Below, in pieces: positions 17,790 through 26,838 of a stretch of DNA of 64,000 nt; position 1 is the first letter of the stretch; each line of letters opens with the position of its first letter. The notes below the pieces were generated by a model, which saw only the letters and a list, made by a program, of their open reading frames with translations, did not search any database and was not told the DNA's origin. The translations under genes and the position numbers were made by a program. Origin of the DNA: a virus; IMG/VR virus record IMGVR_UViG_3300021387_002242, positions 2,864 through 66,863 of that record. One strand, written 5' to 3'.

Positions 17790-17989
17790 AAACTGCGGCG
17801 AGATACAATAACAAGCTCGCGGAACAGGATTCTCTGCATTTGAAAATGGCGTATGTGCAGATGCACGAGGCGCTTAATGAGCTGCAGCAGGTATTTTTAA
17901 AGGACAACGTGATCGCGCACATGGTCAAAACATTGGGCGCGATGGAAGACACATTATTCGAGTACGCAGTACCGACAAAAAGGAGGTAA
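17768..17989 (+). CDS. hypothetical protein
   Basis: 73-aa ORF. Confidence 0.35.
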   Translation: MQGGVRMKTAARYNNKLAEQDSLHLKMAYVQMHEALNELQQVFLKDNVIAHMVKTLGAMEDTLFEYAVPTKRR

Positions 17990-17995
17990 AAGAGC

Positions 17996-18946
17996 ATGGC
18001 AAATACGATTAGTTTCCCATTGCTAAATGCTGACCAAATCGAGGTCAAGGTAAAGCAGATTACAGCTAGTGGTGCGGTGCTGTTGTTGTATAAGACAGCA
18101 CGTACTGACAGGGACATCTTGGACGAGATCGTAGGACCGATGAAGTGGAAAGACGATTACAAAGAAATTAAGGGCAATCTCTACTGCGGCATTGCGATTC
18201 TCGACACTGAGCGCAATGAATGGGTTTGGAAATGGGATTGCGGCATAGAAAGCCGCGCAGATGGCGACGGAAACGAGAAGAAAGGTGAGGCCAGTGACGC
18301 GTTCAAGCGGGCTGGTTTCTGCTGGGGTATAGGCAGAGAGCTGTACACAAGCCCATTCACCTTCGCAAAGGTAGATACTGTACAGAGCGAGCGTGGTAGG
18401 GGCTACGAACTTAAAGACAAATTCATGCGATTTGATGTACAGGAAATCGGGTATAACGAGCACAGGGAAATCAATCGCCTGGTCATTGTCAATAGTAAAA
18501 CCCACAACGTAGTTTTTGAATTCGGCACGAATGGGCAGAATCGGCCCAAGCAGCAGCCGAAGCCCAAGGCGAAGGAAGAACCCGCGCAGGAGCAGAAAAC
18601 GGCTTCTACGGGCATTTCTGGGGCCGTAGCAACGCCTGAACAGATTGAGTACATCAAGGCTCACGCCAGCGACGATGACTACATGGATATCATGACCAGG
18701 TACGGCGCGAACCTTGAAAACCTTTCTCAGGCTGACGCTGAGCGTGAGATCGCTGAGATCGATAAGCACAATGAGCCGATGATACCAACATGTGAGCGCT
18801 GCGGCAAGGCGATCACTGGAGTGGCGCTGCCTGACGGCAGCAGGATGACAGCATCTGAGCTTATCGGCAAAAGCAAGCTCACATACAACGGGGTTTACTG
18901 CTTCGGCTGCATGAAGGAATTGAGCCGGAAGAAGAAAGCGGGTTAA
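17996..18946 (+). CDS. Rad52/Sak-like single-strand annealing protein with a C-terminal Zn-ribbon
   Basis: GPMKW ... EASDAFKRAGFCWGIGRELY matches Rad52/22 family signatures; CERCG...CFGC at the C-terminus. Confidence 0.75.
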   Translation: MANTISFPLLNADQIEVKVKQITASGAVLLLYKTARTDRDILDEIVGPMKWKDDYKEIKGNLYCGIAILDTERNEWVWKWDCGIESRADGDGNEKKGEASDAFKRAGFCWGIGRELYTSPFTFAKVDTVQSERGRGYELKDKFMRFDVQEIGYNEHREINRLVIVNSKTHNVVFEFGTNGQNRPKQQPKPKAKEEPAQEQKTASTGISGAVATPEQIEYIKAHASDDDYMDIMTRYGANLENLSQADAEREIAEIDKHNEPMIPTCERCGKAITGVALPDGSRMTASELIGKSKLTYNGVYCFGCMKELSRKKKAG

Positions 18947-18949
18947 TCC

Positions 18950-19648
18950 ATGACGGCAGTGATTGAGCATGTACGTGGGTACATTACAGGGTACGACGAA
19001 AAGCGCGGTGAGCTGATTATCCGAGCGCCGTATACGAACTTTCCCACGTTGGTGAGACGGGAATACCGGGAGGTAGAGATACAGCCCATCGATTCCCGTC
19101 CACTATCGGACAAACAGCGCCGGAGTTGCTACGCGATGATTCGGGAGATTGCTGACTGGTCGGGTGACACGACGGAGGCAACGAAGGAAGTCCTTAAACT
19201 GGATTTCTGGGCCGGGGAACTGCTGGAAATGGCAGATACGATGTTCAGCCTTTCCAATGCTCCAATGAGTGTAGTCGCTGCGTTTCAAAGCTGGTTGGCT
19301 CGATTCATAGTGCGGAACGATGTGCCGACAAAGAAACCGATGCTCGAATACGTGGACGACATCGACGATTACATCTACGCATGCCTGGTGTCAAAAAAAT
19401 GCCCGATATGCGGCAAAAAGGCAGACCTCCATCATGTAACGGCGATAGGGGTTGGAAGGAATAGAGACACAATTATTCATGAAGGAATGGAAGTGCTGCC
19501 GCTTTGCCGGGAGCATCACGGCGAGATTCACAGCATGGGTAAATCGGAATTCTTCAAGCGATATCATCTCAACGGTGGAATCACGGCAGACAAAACCATC
19601 TGCAAGATTTACGGACTGAATACCAAGCAAAGGAGAAAGACATCATGA
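18950..19648 (+). CDS. HNH endonuclease-domain protein
   Basis: CPICGKKADLHH...CREHHGEIH in the C-terminal third. Confidence 0.45.
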   Translation: MTAVIEHVRGYITGYDEKRGELIIRAPYTNFPTLVRREYREVEIQPIDSRPLSDKQRRSCYAMIREIADWSGDTTEATKEVLKLDFWAGELLEMADTMFSLSNAPMSVVAAFQSWLARFIVRNDVPTKKPMLEYVDDIDDYIYACLVSKKCPICGKKADLHHVTAIGVGRNRDTIIHEGMEVLPLCREHHGEIHSMGKSEFFKRYHLNGGITADKTICKIYGLNTKQRRKTS

Positions 19649-20370
19649 AGGTGTGTTGGATAAGCGCCGGGGTTTCATCCTTCATAGCCGGATGGCTGGT
19701 GCGCGATACCGTGGATGAATACATCTACATCGACATAGCCGACCAGCACCCGGACAGCATGAGGTTTATCAAGGATTGTGAAAAGGCACTTGGCAAGCCG
19801 ATACAGATTCTTCGCTCCGAACAGTATCACAACGTAGAAGAATGTATCAGGGTGTTTGGCAGCGTGAGGAACGTTCACAATTATTTCCATCCTTGCACGA
19901 ACTGGCTGAAAAAGCGCGTTCGCAAGCTCTGGGAAGAAGCCCACGCGGACGAGGAAATAACATACGTTTGTGACATGGACATAAACGAGCAGCACCGCGC
20001 CGACAGGCTGGTCGAGGGTATGCCTCAGTTTGAACATGAGTTCCCGCTGATAGACAAGCAGTTGACCAAAGCGGAGGCCCACGGCATCCTTGCATCCCTT
20101 GGTATCAAGCGCCCGGTGATGTACGACATGGGCTACAGCAATAACAACTGTATCGGATGTGTGAAGGGGGGTATTGGGTACTGGAACAAAATCCGTGTGG
20201 ACTTCCCGGAAGTGTTCGCACAACGGGCGCGGATGGAGCGCGACATCGGCAATACCATGTTGCATGACGCAAAAGGCCCGATATGGCTTGATGAACTCGA
20301 CCCCAACCGGGGCAAGATGGCAGATGAAATTATGGACGAGTGCGACATCTTTTGCATGATGCACATTTAA
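19645..20370 (+). CDS. PAPS-reductase/PP-loop ATPase family protein
   Basis: N-terminal WISAGVSS PP-loop variant and overall similarity to phage 'phosphoadenosine phosphosulfate reductase' proteins. Confidence 0.5.
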   Translation: MKVCWISAGVSSFIAGWLVRDTVDEYIYIDIADQHPDSMRFIKDCEKALGKPIQILRSEQYHNVEECIRVFGSVRNVHNYFHPCTNWLKKRVRKLWEEAHADEEITYVCDMDINEQHRADRLVEGMPQFEHEFPLIDKQLTKAEAHGILASLGIKRPVMYDMGYSNNNCIGCVKGGIGYWNKIRVDFPEVFAQRARMERDIGNTMLHDAKGPIWLDELDPNRGKMADEIMDECDIFCMMHI

Positions 20371-20383
20371 GGAGGAATGACTT

Positions 20384-20806
20384 ATTAACAAGGCAATCAT
20401 CACTGGCAGACTCGCCGCCGATCCGGTGGCGCGAACCACACAGAGCGGCGTCAGCTGCAGCACCTTCGACGTTGCGGTACAGCGGCGCTTCAAGGGACAG
20501 GACGGCAAGCGCGAAGCGGATTTCTTGACCGTTGTGGCGTGGCGGCAGACTGCCGACTACTGCAACAAGTACCTGATCAAGGGCAGCAGGGTTGCGGTAG
20601 AGGGCAGCATCCAGAAGCGCAGCTACACGGCGCAGGACGGCTCCACGCGCTACGTCACGGAGATCATCGCAGACAACGTGGAGGCGCTGGGTGGAGCGAA
20701 TAACGACCACGGTAAGCGCCAGGAGCAGAGCGCACCGGAGACGACTGGCAATCACGACCAGGAAGACTTTCAGGAGGTAGACCCCGTGGATGAACTGCCG
20801 TTCTAA
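20384..20806 (+). CDS. ssb: single-stranded DNA-binding protein (apparent ATT start)
   Basis: INKAIITGRLAADPVARTTQSGV OB-fold N-terminus and acidic C-tail DELPF. The canonical N-terminus is only recovered by initiating at ATT 9 nt after aaggagg; the first GTG is at 20426. Confidence 0.75.
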   Translation: MNKAIITGRLAADPVARTTQSGVSCSTFDVAVQRRFKGQDGKREADFLTVVAWRQTADYCNKYLIKGSRVAVEGSIQKRSYTAQDGSTRYVTEIIADNVEALGGANNDHGKRQEQSAPETTGNHDQEDFQEVDPVDELPF

Positions 20807-20811
20807 CAGTG

Positions 20812-20840
20812 AAAACCGGGCGTGAAAACGCCCGGTTTCT
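20812..20840. terminator. bidirectional terminator
   Basis: aaccgggcgtgaaaacgcccggtt hairpin. Confidence 0.5.
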
Positions 20841-21009
20841 AATCCTGGTACTCCGTAATCGGCCCGTTCTTTGCTTCGTAGTCGGCAACGAAGCGCCGGA
20901 TAATGAACTCGTTCAAGTTGTTCACTGACCGTCCCTCCAACTCGGCAATGGCTTTCAACTTGTTATACAGAGATTCTTCGATGCGGATACCGGTCTGAAT
21001 CTTCACCAT
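20839..21009 (-). CDS. ribbon-helix-helix (Arc/CopG-like) protein
   Basis: MVKIQTGIRIEESLYNKLKAIAELEGRSVNNLNEFIIRRFV; RBS ggaggtgacc. Confidence 0.5.
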   Translation of the reverse strand: MVKIQTGIRIEESLYNKLKAIAELEGRSVNNLNEFIIRRFVADYEAKNGPITEYQD

Positions 21010-21140
21010 GGTGGTCACCTCCAAAGTGTTAACTATTGTTATCACTATTATAACACAATGCCGCTGGATTTGCAAGCAACAATTGTTACTATATAATAAA
21101 TAAAACGGTAACAAAAGTTACCATGAAGGGGGCGAGGCAG

Positions 21141-21386
21141 ATGGCAGACATTGATTTTTACATGAACCCGGAAATCATGGATATGTGCAATGACTTGAAC
21201 ATTGAGTATTCACGGTTCTGCGGCATAATGGCAATTTTGGACAGCATCGACAAAAAGCACCCGGACGTTCGGATAAGAAACGCGACGGCGGCAACGCTTC
21301 TCGGCATTGAAGGTAAAATGCCATGCGACTATGATATGTTACTTGGAGCCTTTGACACACTGCGTTACAGCAAGAAAGTGAGGTAG
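21141..21386 (+). CDS. hypothetical protein
   Basis: RBS gaagggggcgaggcagATG. Confidence 0.4.
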   Translation: MADIDFYMNPEIMDMCNDLNIEYSRFCGIMAILDSIDKKHPDVRIRNATAATLLGIEGKMPCDYDMLLGAFDTLRYSKKVR

Positions 21387-21388
21387 AT

Positions 21389-22279
21389 ATGGCAGAATCG
21401 AAGCGTTTTTACTGGTTAAAACTCAAAGAGGACTTTTTTAGGCAGAAAGAGATCAAGAAACTGCGCAAGATCGCAGGCGGTGAAATTTACACAATCATCT
21501 ACCTGAAAATGCTTCTACGGTCAATGAAGGACGGTGGAAAGCTGTATTATGAGGGCATCGAGGACAATTTTGCTGGGGAGCTGGCTCTGGATATCGACGA
21601 GAACGAAGATAACGTGAAAATGACGGTTGCATTCCTCATGGCGAACGGCATTCTCATTCAAAACCGGGAGGACGAATACGAGCTTTTGACCGTAAACGAA
21701 ATGACCGGATCTGAATGTGAATCGGCCCATCGGGTGCGCAGGATGAGGGCGCAACAGGCGTTGTCAGACAGCCAAAATGCGTTACAAAGTAACGGCGATG
21801 TAACGGACAGTAACGTCGCTGTAACAGCGCGTAACACAGAGATAGAGATAGATATAGAGAGTAAGAATAAGAGAAATAGAAAAGAGCTACAGCTACAACT
21901 ACAACATGGTGTTACTGTAGCAGACACGGTTCAGGCTTATGCATCTTCAAACTTACAGCATATGTCACCCGGTAACATTCATGACATGATGGCATTCATG
22001 GAGGACTTGCCCGAGGATTTAATACGGTATGCTATTGACATTGCTTGCGGGCAAGGTAAGCCGCGATGGGCGTATGTTTCTGGCATTCTATCCGGGTTTA
22101 TACGAGACGGCATTAGAACTGTGGGCGATGCGAAATCAGCAAAGGCGGCATGGGAAGCGAAGAAGCATCCCGACATACCTCATGAACAGGTTGAGCGCGA
22201 CCTTTCGGTAGAGGAAATAATGCGCCGGAGCGATGACTGCTCGGTGCCAAAGGAATTCACGCCAATCGGAGGATGGTAA
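21389..22279 (+). CDS. replisome organizer (Phage_rep_org_N) with a DnaD-like C-domain
   Basis: FYWLKLKEDFF...YTIIYLKMLLRSMKDGGKLYY N-domain; C-terminal YAIDIACGQGKPRWAYVSGILSGFIRDGIRTV DnaD/DnaB_2 domain. Confidence 0.75.
   Translation: MAESKRFYWLKLKEDFFRQKEIKKLRKIAGGEIYTIIYLKMLLRSMKDGGKLYYEGIEDNFAGELALDIDENEDNVKMTVAFLMANGILIQNREDEYELLTVNEMTGSECESAHRVRRMRAQQALSDSQNALQSNGDVTDSNVAVTARNTEIEIDIESKNKRNRKELQLQLQHGVTVADTVQAYASSNLQHMSPGNIHDMMAFMEDLPEDLIRYAIDIACGQGKPRWAYVSGILSGFIRDGIRTVGDAKSAKAAWEAKKHPDIPHEQVERDLSVEEIMRRSDDCSVPKEFTPIGGW
21835..21905. repeat. iteron-like GATAGA/GAGA repeats inside the replisome-organizer gene (candidate ori)
   Basis: gagatagagatagatatagagagtaagaataagagaaatagaaaag then (CTACAG/CTACAA) repeats; phage organizer genes commonly embed the origin. 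Confidence 0.3.
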
Positions 22280-22280
22280 C

Positions 22281-23651
22281 ATGATCGCTCACTACGAAGC
22301 GGAGCATAGCGTTCTTGGCGCGATGCTGCGGTCAGGAAAGGCGACAGGGACAGCAATCGAGAGACTACGGCCTGACGATTTCGCTGACCCGGCGAACAGG
22401 GAGATATTCAGTGCAATGCTCACAATCGCACTGAGCAACCGAACGGTAGACCTGGTTACTCTGGATGAGGAACTCGAGCGGCGCGGACGATTGGACGCAG
22501 TAGGTGGGGCATCGAGGCTGATAGAGATCAGTCAGAGCGTACCGAGTGCGGGTAACATCGACGCATACATCGACATCGTCCTCGAAAAGGCGAATCTTCG
22601 GCGGCTACAAGCGATTGCGGAGAGTATCAACCGCAAAACTAATGCGCAGGATTTGAGTGCAGACAAGATCATCGAGCTGATAGAGGGCGCATGCAACGAT
22701 ATCACTACCCGCGCCCAGCAGCACGACAGGGGATGGATAACAGGCGGTGAGGCGGCGCTGTTGGCCTATGAGGCGGCAGAGAAAAAACCAAAGCCGATTC
22801 CAACCGGGTTTGTGGAGCTAGACGATATGCTCTGCGGAGGGCTTATCAAACCAGAGCTGACAATCGTCGGAGCTAGGCCAGGAAAGGGCAAAAGTGCGTT
22901 CTTGCTTGCTGCGAGCATGACAGCAGCGCGGCAGGGATTCCACGTGGGGTATTTCAGCCTTGAGATGAGTGCGCTGCAGCTCGGACAGAGAGCACTCGCA
23001 GCGACGAGCATGGTCAGTATCAGCCGGCAGCGCAAGGGTGAGCTGACGGACAACGACTGGGAACGGCTGAACAACGGGCTGGTGGAACTTACGGAGACTG
23101 GGGTACACGATCATCTGCACATCTATCAGGGGTATGGGCTGACGGTTGAGCGACTGAGTAATATAGCAAGGCATGCGGTGCATCAGGAGAGCATGGATTT
23201 GTTGGTAATCGACTACATCCAACTGCTGCGGACTGTCGAAAAGACGAATGCGGAACATGAACGACTTGGTACGATCTCCAAGGCTCTGAAACAACTGGCG
23301 TTGACGTTGAACATTCCAATTCTCACGGCGGCGCAGGTCAGGCGACAGAGCCAGGACGACAGTAAGAAGGGGGGCAGAGCACCGACACTGGATGAATTGC
23401 GCGGGTCGGGTGATTTGGAACAGGATGCTGACAATGTATTCCTGATTCACAGCCCGGATAACCCGGATGATCCAACGCTCAAACGGGTAGAGGATAAGCA
23501 CCTGGGCATCTGGGAGCGGTCGAGAAACGCGATGGCTATACCATTCACGGTAGAGGTCGCAAAGCAGCGCCAGGGTGCGACAGGGAGAACATGGTGCCTT
23601 TTCAAGCCGATGAACATGCGATTCTATGAGGACAACGCGAATAGGAGTTGA
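22281..23651 (+). CDS. dnaB: replicative DNA helicase DnaB
   Basis: N-terminal DnaB domain (EAEHSVLGAMLR), Walker A GARPGKGKSAFLL, RecA-like C-domain. Confidence 0.85.
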   Translation: MIAHYEAEHSVLGAMLRSGKATGTAIERLRPDDFADPANREIFSAMLTIALSNRTVDLVTLDEELERRGRLDAVGGASRLIEISQSVPSAGNIDAYIDIVLEKANLRRLQAIAESINRKTNAQDLSADKIIELIEGACNDITTRAQQHDRGWITGGEAALLAYEAAEKKPKPIPTGFVELDDMLCGGLIKPELTIVGARPGKGKSAFLLAASMTAARQGFHVGYFSLEMSALQLGQRALAATSMVSISRQRKGELTDNDWERLNNGLVELTETGVHDHLHIYQGYGLTVERLSNIARHAVHQESMDLLVIDYIQLLRTVEKTNAEHERLGTISKALKQLALTLNIPILTAAQVRRQSQDDSKKGGRAPTLDELRGSGDLEQDADNVFLIHSPDNPDDPTLKRVEDKHLGIWERSRNAMAIPFTVEVAKQRQGATGRTWCLFKPMNMRFYEDNANRS

Positions 23652-23655
23652 GAGC

Positions 23656-23796
23656 ATGACACTGAGCGTAAAAACGGCAACTGGAGAGATTCATGCCAGG
23701 GTAAATAGCAACTTGGAAGCCGCGCGGTTTCTGCGGGAGCTTGCAGGATTGGGAATCAAATGCCTGAGCTGGCAGATTGGGGAGGAACAGGAATGA
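23656..23796 (+). CDS. hypothetical small protein (46 aa)
   Basis: ATG ORF directly after dnaB; below the track cutoff. Confidence 0.25.
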   Translation: MTLSVKTATGEIHARVNSNLEAARFLRELAGLGIKCLSWQIGEEQE

Positions 23797-23963
23797 TAGC
23801 AGACTGGATAGCGGCTGGAGCAGCGTTTGGGATAAAGGCGTTTTTTGCGGTGGTGGTATTCATCCTCTGCTGCGGGGTAGCGATTGGGCTGCTTGCGGTG
23901 ATTGCAATGGTATTTGGAGGGGACGATGATGGCAAGGAAGACAAGGGCGGCTGGGACAACTGA
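23793..23963 (+). CDS. small membrane protein
   Basis: Two predicted TM segments; ATGA start/stop overlap. Confidence 0.35.
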   Translation: MIADWIAAGAAFGIKAFFAVVVFILCCGVAIGLLAVIAMVFGGDDDGKEDKGGWDN

Positions 23964-24309
23964 ATCCGATGAGCAGAAACTTCTGTTCGAGTGGATAGAG
24001 TGGGCGAAGGTGAAATATCCAGAGTTAGCATTGTGCTATCATGTGGTCAATGAAGGACGGCGCTCATACGCTACGGGACGGAGGATGGTAGCAGAGGGCC
24101 TACGAAAGGGCGTGCCGGACATTTGTTTACCAGTTCCGAACATGCGATACACAGCGTTGTACATCGAACTTAAGCGAAAAAAGGGGGGACGGCTGAGTGA
24201 TGAGCAGCGTGGATGGATTGACGCACTGAACCGGGTGGGAAATCTTGCGGTAGTTTGTCACGGATTTGAAGAAGCGCGAGACACGATACTGGAATATTTG
24301 AGAAAATGA
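23929..24309 (+). CDS. VRR-NUC domain nuclease
   Basis: PD-(D/E)xK-type motifs VPDICL...YIELK typical of VRR-NUC. Confidence 0.6.
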   Translation: MARKTRAAGTTESDEQKLLFEWIEWAKVKYPELALCYHVVNEGRRSYATGRRMVAEGLRKGVPDICLPVPNMRYTALYIELKRKKGGRLSDEQRGWIDALNRVGNLAVVCHGFEEARDTILEYLRK

Positions 24310-24346
24310 AGAAAGTGTGTCATCGCATATTTTTTTAGAATTATGC

Positions 24347-24375
24347 TTGACTTTTAGCTAATTATATTATACAAT
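24347..24375 (+). promoter_or_regulatory. strong sigma-70-type promoter (TTGACT-N17-TACAAT)
   Basis: Intergenic, just upstream of the RBS of the DGQHR gene. Confidence 0.55.
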
Positions 24376-24411
24376 AAGCAAAAAGAAAAGCTGAAAGGAG
24401 AACGAAATCGA

Positions 24412-25215
24412 ATGGCAATGGAATCCAAGGTAATGACCATCACGCCCGATCAGGCAAGGGCGATGCTGGAAAAGAACATGAAGAACAATCGGCGGCTGAA
24501 TCACGCGACGGTGAAGCGGTACGCTCGGATAATGAAAGCTGGGGGATGGAACCTCACGCATCAGGGTATCGCGTTCGACACCAACGGAGAGTTGATCGAC
24601 GGGCAGCACCGACTGGAAGCGCTGGTCATGGCGAACGTCCCGATCACGATGATGGTCACTTACGGTGTGGAACACATCGATGGCGAGGCATTCACGATTG
24701 ACACCGGAACAAAGCGCACGACGCAGAACATCATGCAGATCAGCGGCATCTGCGACGAGGTCTACAAGCGCATGAGCGGATTTGTGTCGGCTTACATGCG
24801 CATGAAAATCAGGACGAACAGTAGCGCACCGGAAGCGACAGAGATAATCAGCTACATCGACAAGCATTATAACGATTTGGCTAAGATATCCAGCATCATC
24901 GGAGGCAAGGCGACTGGGAGCGCTGGGTGCCGACTGCATACCATAGTCGGAGTTGCGCTGATCGCAGCTTTTTATCGAGGGGAGCCTGAGGATGCGCTGC
25001 GAAAATTCGTCAACGTATACCGGAACAACGATGTCGAATACTGCGAGAACTACAACCCGCGTCACGCGCTTAACCTTCGGGATTGGGTGCGCGGGCATAA
25101 AAGCACGCCTGAGACACTGCAGCGGTGTGAGTGCGCTATATACAGCTTTGCGCACAATCAGACACAAATGAAGCTCTGCGACAGGTACCCGTTTATACCT
25201 GGCGTGGATGCGTAG
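24412..25215 (+). CDS. DGQHR-domain (ParB/Srx superfamily, DndB-like) protein
   Basis: Exact LIDGQHRLEAL motif in a ParB/sulfiredoxin-like N-domain. Confidence 0.55.
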   Translation: MAMESKVMTITPDQARAMLEKNMKNNRRLNHATVKRYARIMKAGGWNLTHQGIAFDTNGELIDGQHRLEALVMANVPITMMVTYGVEHIDGEAFTIDTGTKRTTQNIMQISGICDEVYKRMSGFVSAYMRMKIRTNSSAPEATEIISYIDKHYNDLAKISSIIGGKATGSAGCRLHTIVGVALIAAFYRGEPEDALRKFVNVYRNNDVEYCENYNPRHALNLRDWVRGHKSTPETLQRCECAIYSFAHNQTQMKLCDRYPFIPGVDA

Positions 25216-25229
25216 AAAGGAGAGTAGCG

Positions 25230-25901
25230 ATGGAAAATGTCAAGACTGGTGTGGAGCAGGAATTGGAAAAGGGCGGCGCGATGATGGTCAAAACCGCCAA
25301 GGGCTTCACGGTTGCAACACATGAGGATTTCAACCGGGGCAATGACATCCTCAAGGACATCAAAACTCGCGTAAAGGCGGTCAAGGAATACTGGAAAGGC
25401 CCGAAGGACGCTGCAAACGCAGCCCACAAGGAACTGGTTGCGAAGGAAGCCCAGATGTTGAAGCCGCTCCAGGAAGCCGAGAGCATCATCAAAAAGGCCA
25501 TGCTGGCATACACGACCGATGTAGAGCGCAAGCGCCGTGAGGCCGAGGAAGCCGCTAGGAAAGCGCGTGAAGCGGAGGTCAAGCGGCTGGAGGCTATAGC
25601 AGCAAAGGCCGAGGAACAGGGCGATACGGACACGGCAGAGATCATGCGCGACATGGCAGAGGAAGTGCCGATTGGAGAGATTGCGGCTGCGGCTGCCCCG
25701 GTTGCCAAAGGCTTGTCGGTCAGGACTACGTGGAAAGCGCGAGTGACTGACTCGAAGCAGGTGCCCGCGTATTTCGACGGCTACGAGCTGCGCGAGATCA
25801 ACATTCCGGCGCTGAATGGACTGGCGAGGCAGTACGAGGGCAAGCTGAACATTCCCGGTGTGGAATTCTATCAGGACAGCGCGATATCAGTAAGGGCGTA
25901 A
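25230..25901 (+). CDS. hypothetical coiled-coil protein
   Basis: RBS aaaggagagtagcgATG; central charged coiled-coil. Confidence 0.4.
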   Translation: MENVKTGVEQELEKGGAMMVKTAKGFTVATHEDFNRGNDILKDIKTRVKAVKEYWKGPKDAANAAHKELVAKEAQMLKPLQEAESIIKKAMLAYTTDVERKRREAEEAARKAREAEVKRLEAIAAKAEEQGDTDTAEIMRDMAEEVPIGEIAAAAAPVAKGLSVRTTWKARVTDSKQVPAYFDGYELREINIPALNGLARQYEGKLNIPGVEFYQDSAISVRA

Positions 25902-25914
25902 ATGGGATAGAGCG

Positions 25915-26130
25915 ATGAAAAACTCACCATGCTACAGGAATGGGCACAATTGCCAGATGCGATCTCAGATATGTCACGCACAGTGTAAAGAGTATCACGA
26001 CTGGGTAAATGAGTTAAGGCTGGAGCGCATCGAGGAAAGGAAAACAATGGATGCTGATGCGCATACAAGGAAAACAATCGAACTGAATACCAAGAGGGCA
26101 AACAGCAAAAGGAAGGTGGGACAGAGATGA
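25915..26130 (+). CDS. Cys/His-rich small protein
   Basis: CYRNGHNCQMRSQICHAQCKEYH. Confidence 0.35.
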   Translation: MKNSPCYRNGHNCQMRSQICHAQCKEYHDWVNELRLERIEERKTMDADAHTRKTIELNTKRANSKRKVGQR

Positions 26131-26300
26131 AAGATGGCGAGAAGAATGAGACGAGGAAAGAAGCTATTTGGCAGTATTACACCAACGAAGAAAACCGGCC
26201 GCGCTGGAAATGCTCTGAGTGTGGGAAGATCATCCGGCACGGAGCGCATGAGAAACTATTCTGCAGCCGGTGCGGCAGCCGAATGACACTGGAGAGTTAG
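26127..26300 (+). CDS. Zn-ribbon small protein (57 aa)
   Basis: CSECGKII...CSRCGSRM; ATGA overlap; below the track cutoff. Confidence 0.3.
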   Translation: MKDGEKNETRKEAIWQYYTNEENRPRWKCSECGKIIRHGAHEKLFCSRCGSRMTLES

Positions 26301-26312
26301 GAGGAACAACGA

Positions 26313-26576
26313 GTGAAGACAACTACCATCAACATCAACGTCTACGAGGTAGGCGACGTGATCAGCATCGACCAGGCCAGTCTCAAACTGGTAGCTAAGA
26401 GGGAAAGCATTGGTAAGTCTACGCGGGCGGTGATCATTGCAGTAAACCAGCGGCTCGACAAGCTGTACAGCTACAAGCTGGTGCTGGATAACGGGAAGTC
26501 CTTCACGCTCACACCTGGTGAGCAGGGCAGCGAGAGGTACGTCGGGCATATTGATCTGGGGCTGCTGTTCGGATAA
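26313..26576 (+). CDS. hypothetical protein
   Basis: RBS ggaggaacaacgaGTG. Confidence 0.4.
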   Translation: MKTTTININVYEVGDVISIDQASLKLVAKRESIGKSTRAVIIAVNQRLDKLYSYKLVLDNGKSFTLTPGEQGSERYVGHIDLGLLFG

Positions 26577-26601
26577 AAAAGACCAAGGATGGAGGGTGAC
26601 T

Positions 26602-26838
26602 ATGACTATAGGAGATCGAATCAAATACATTTGCGATCAGAGAGGTCTAACGCAGCGGGAACTTGCTCGTAGGGTCAATGTTACTGAAGTATCGATGTCG
26701 AGATATATCAACGGTTTTCGTGAACCGAAAGCGCACGTTATCGTAGACATAGCGAACGCCTTAGATATCACCACTGATTACATTCTCGGGAGGACGGACG
26801 AAAATGACACGTGCATTAATCATAAAGCAGTACGGTGA
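26602..26838 (+). CDS. XRE-family HTH regulator
   Basis: IKYICDQRGLTQRELARRVNVTEVSMSRYINGFREP; RBS ggagggtgactATG. Confidence 0.55.
   Translation: MTIGDRIKYICDQRGLTQRELARRVNVTEVSMSRYINGFREPKAHVIVDIANALDITTDYILGRTDENDTCINHKAVR

Noticed and set aside
18023-18970. 315-aa minus-strand ORF antisense to the Rad52-like gene
   Set aside because: Antisense shadow ORF of a well-supported plus gene; low-complexity translation.
19675-20508. 277-aa minus-strand ORF across the PAPS-reductase-like and ssb genes
   Set aside because: Spans two well-supported plus genes; antisense artefact.
24367-25167. 266-aa minus-strand ORF opposite the DGQHR gene
   Set aside because: The plus gene has a promoter, RBS and domain signature; the minus ORF lacks all three.
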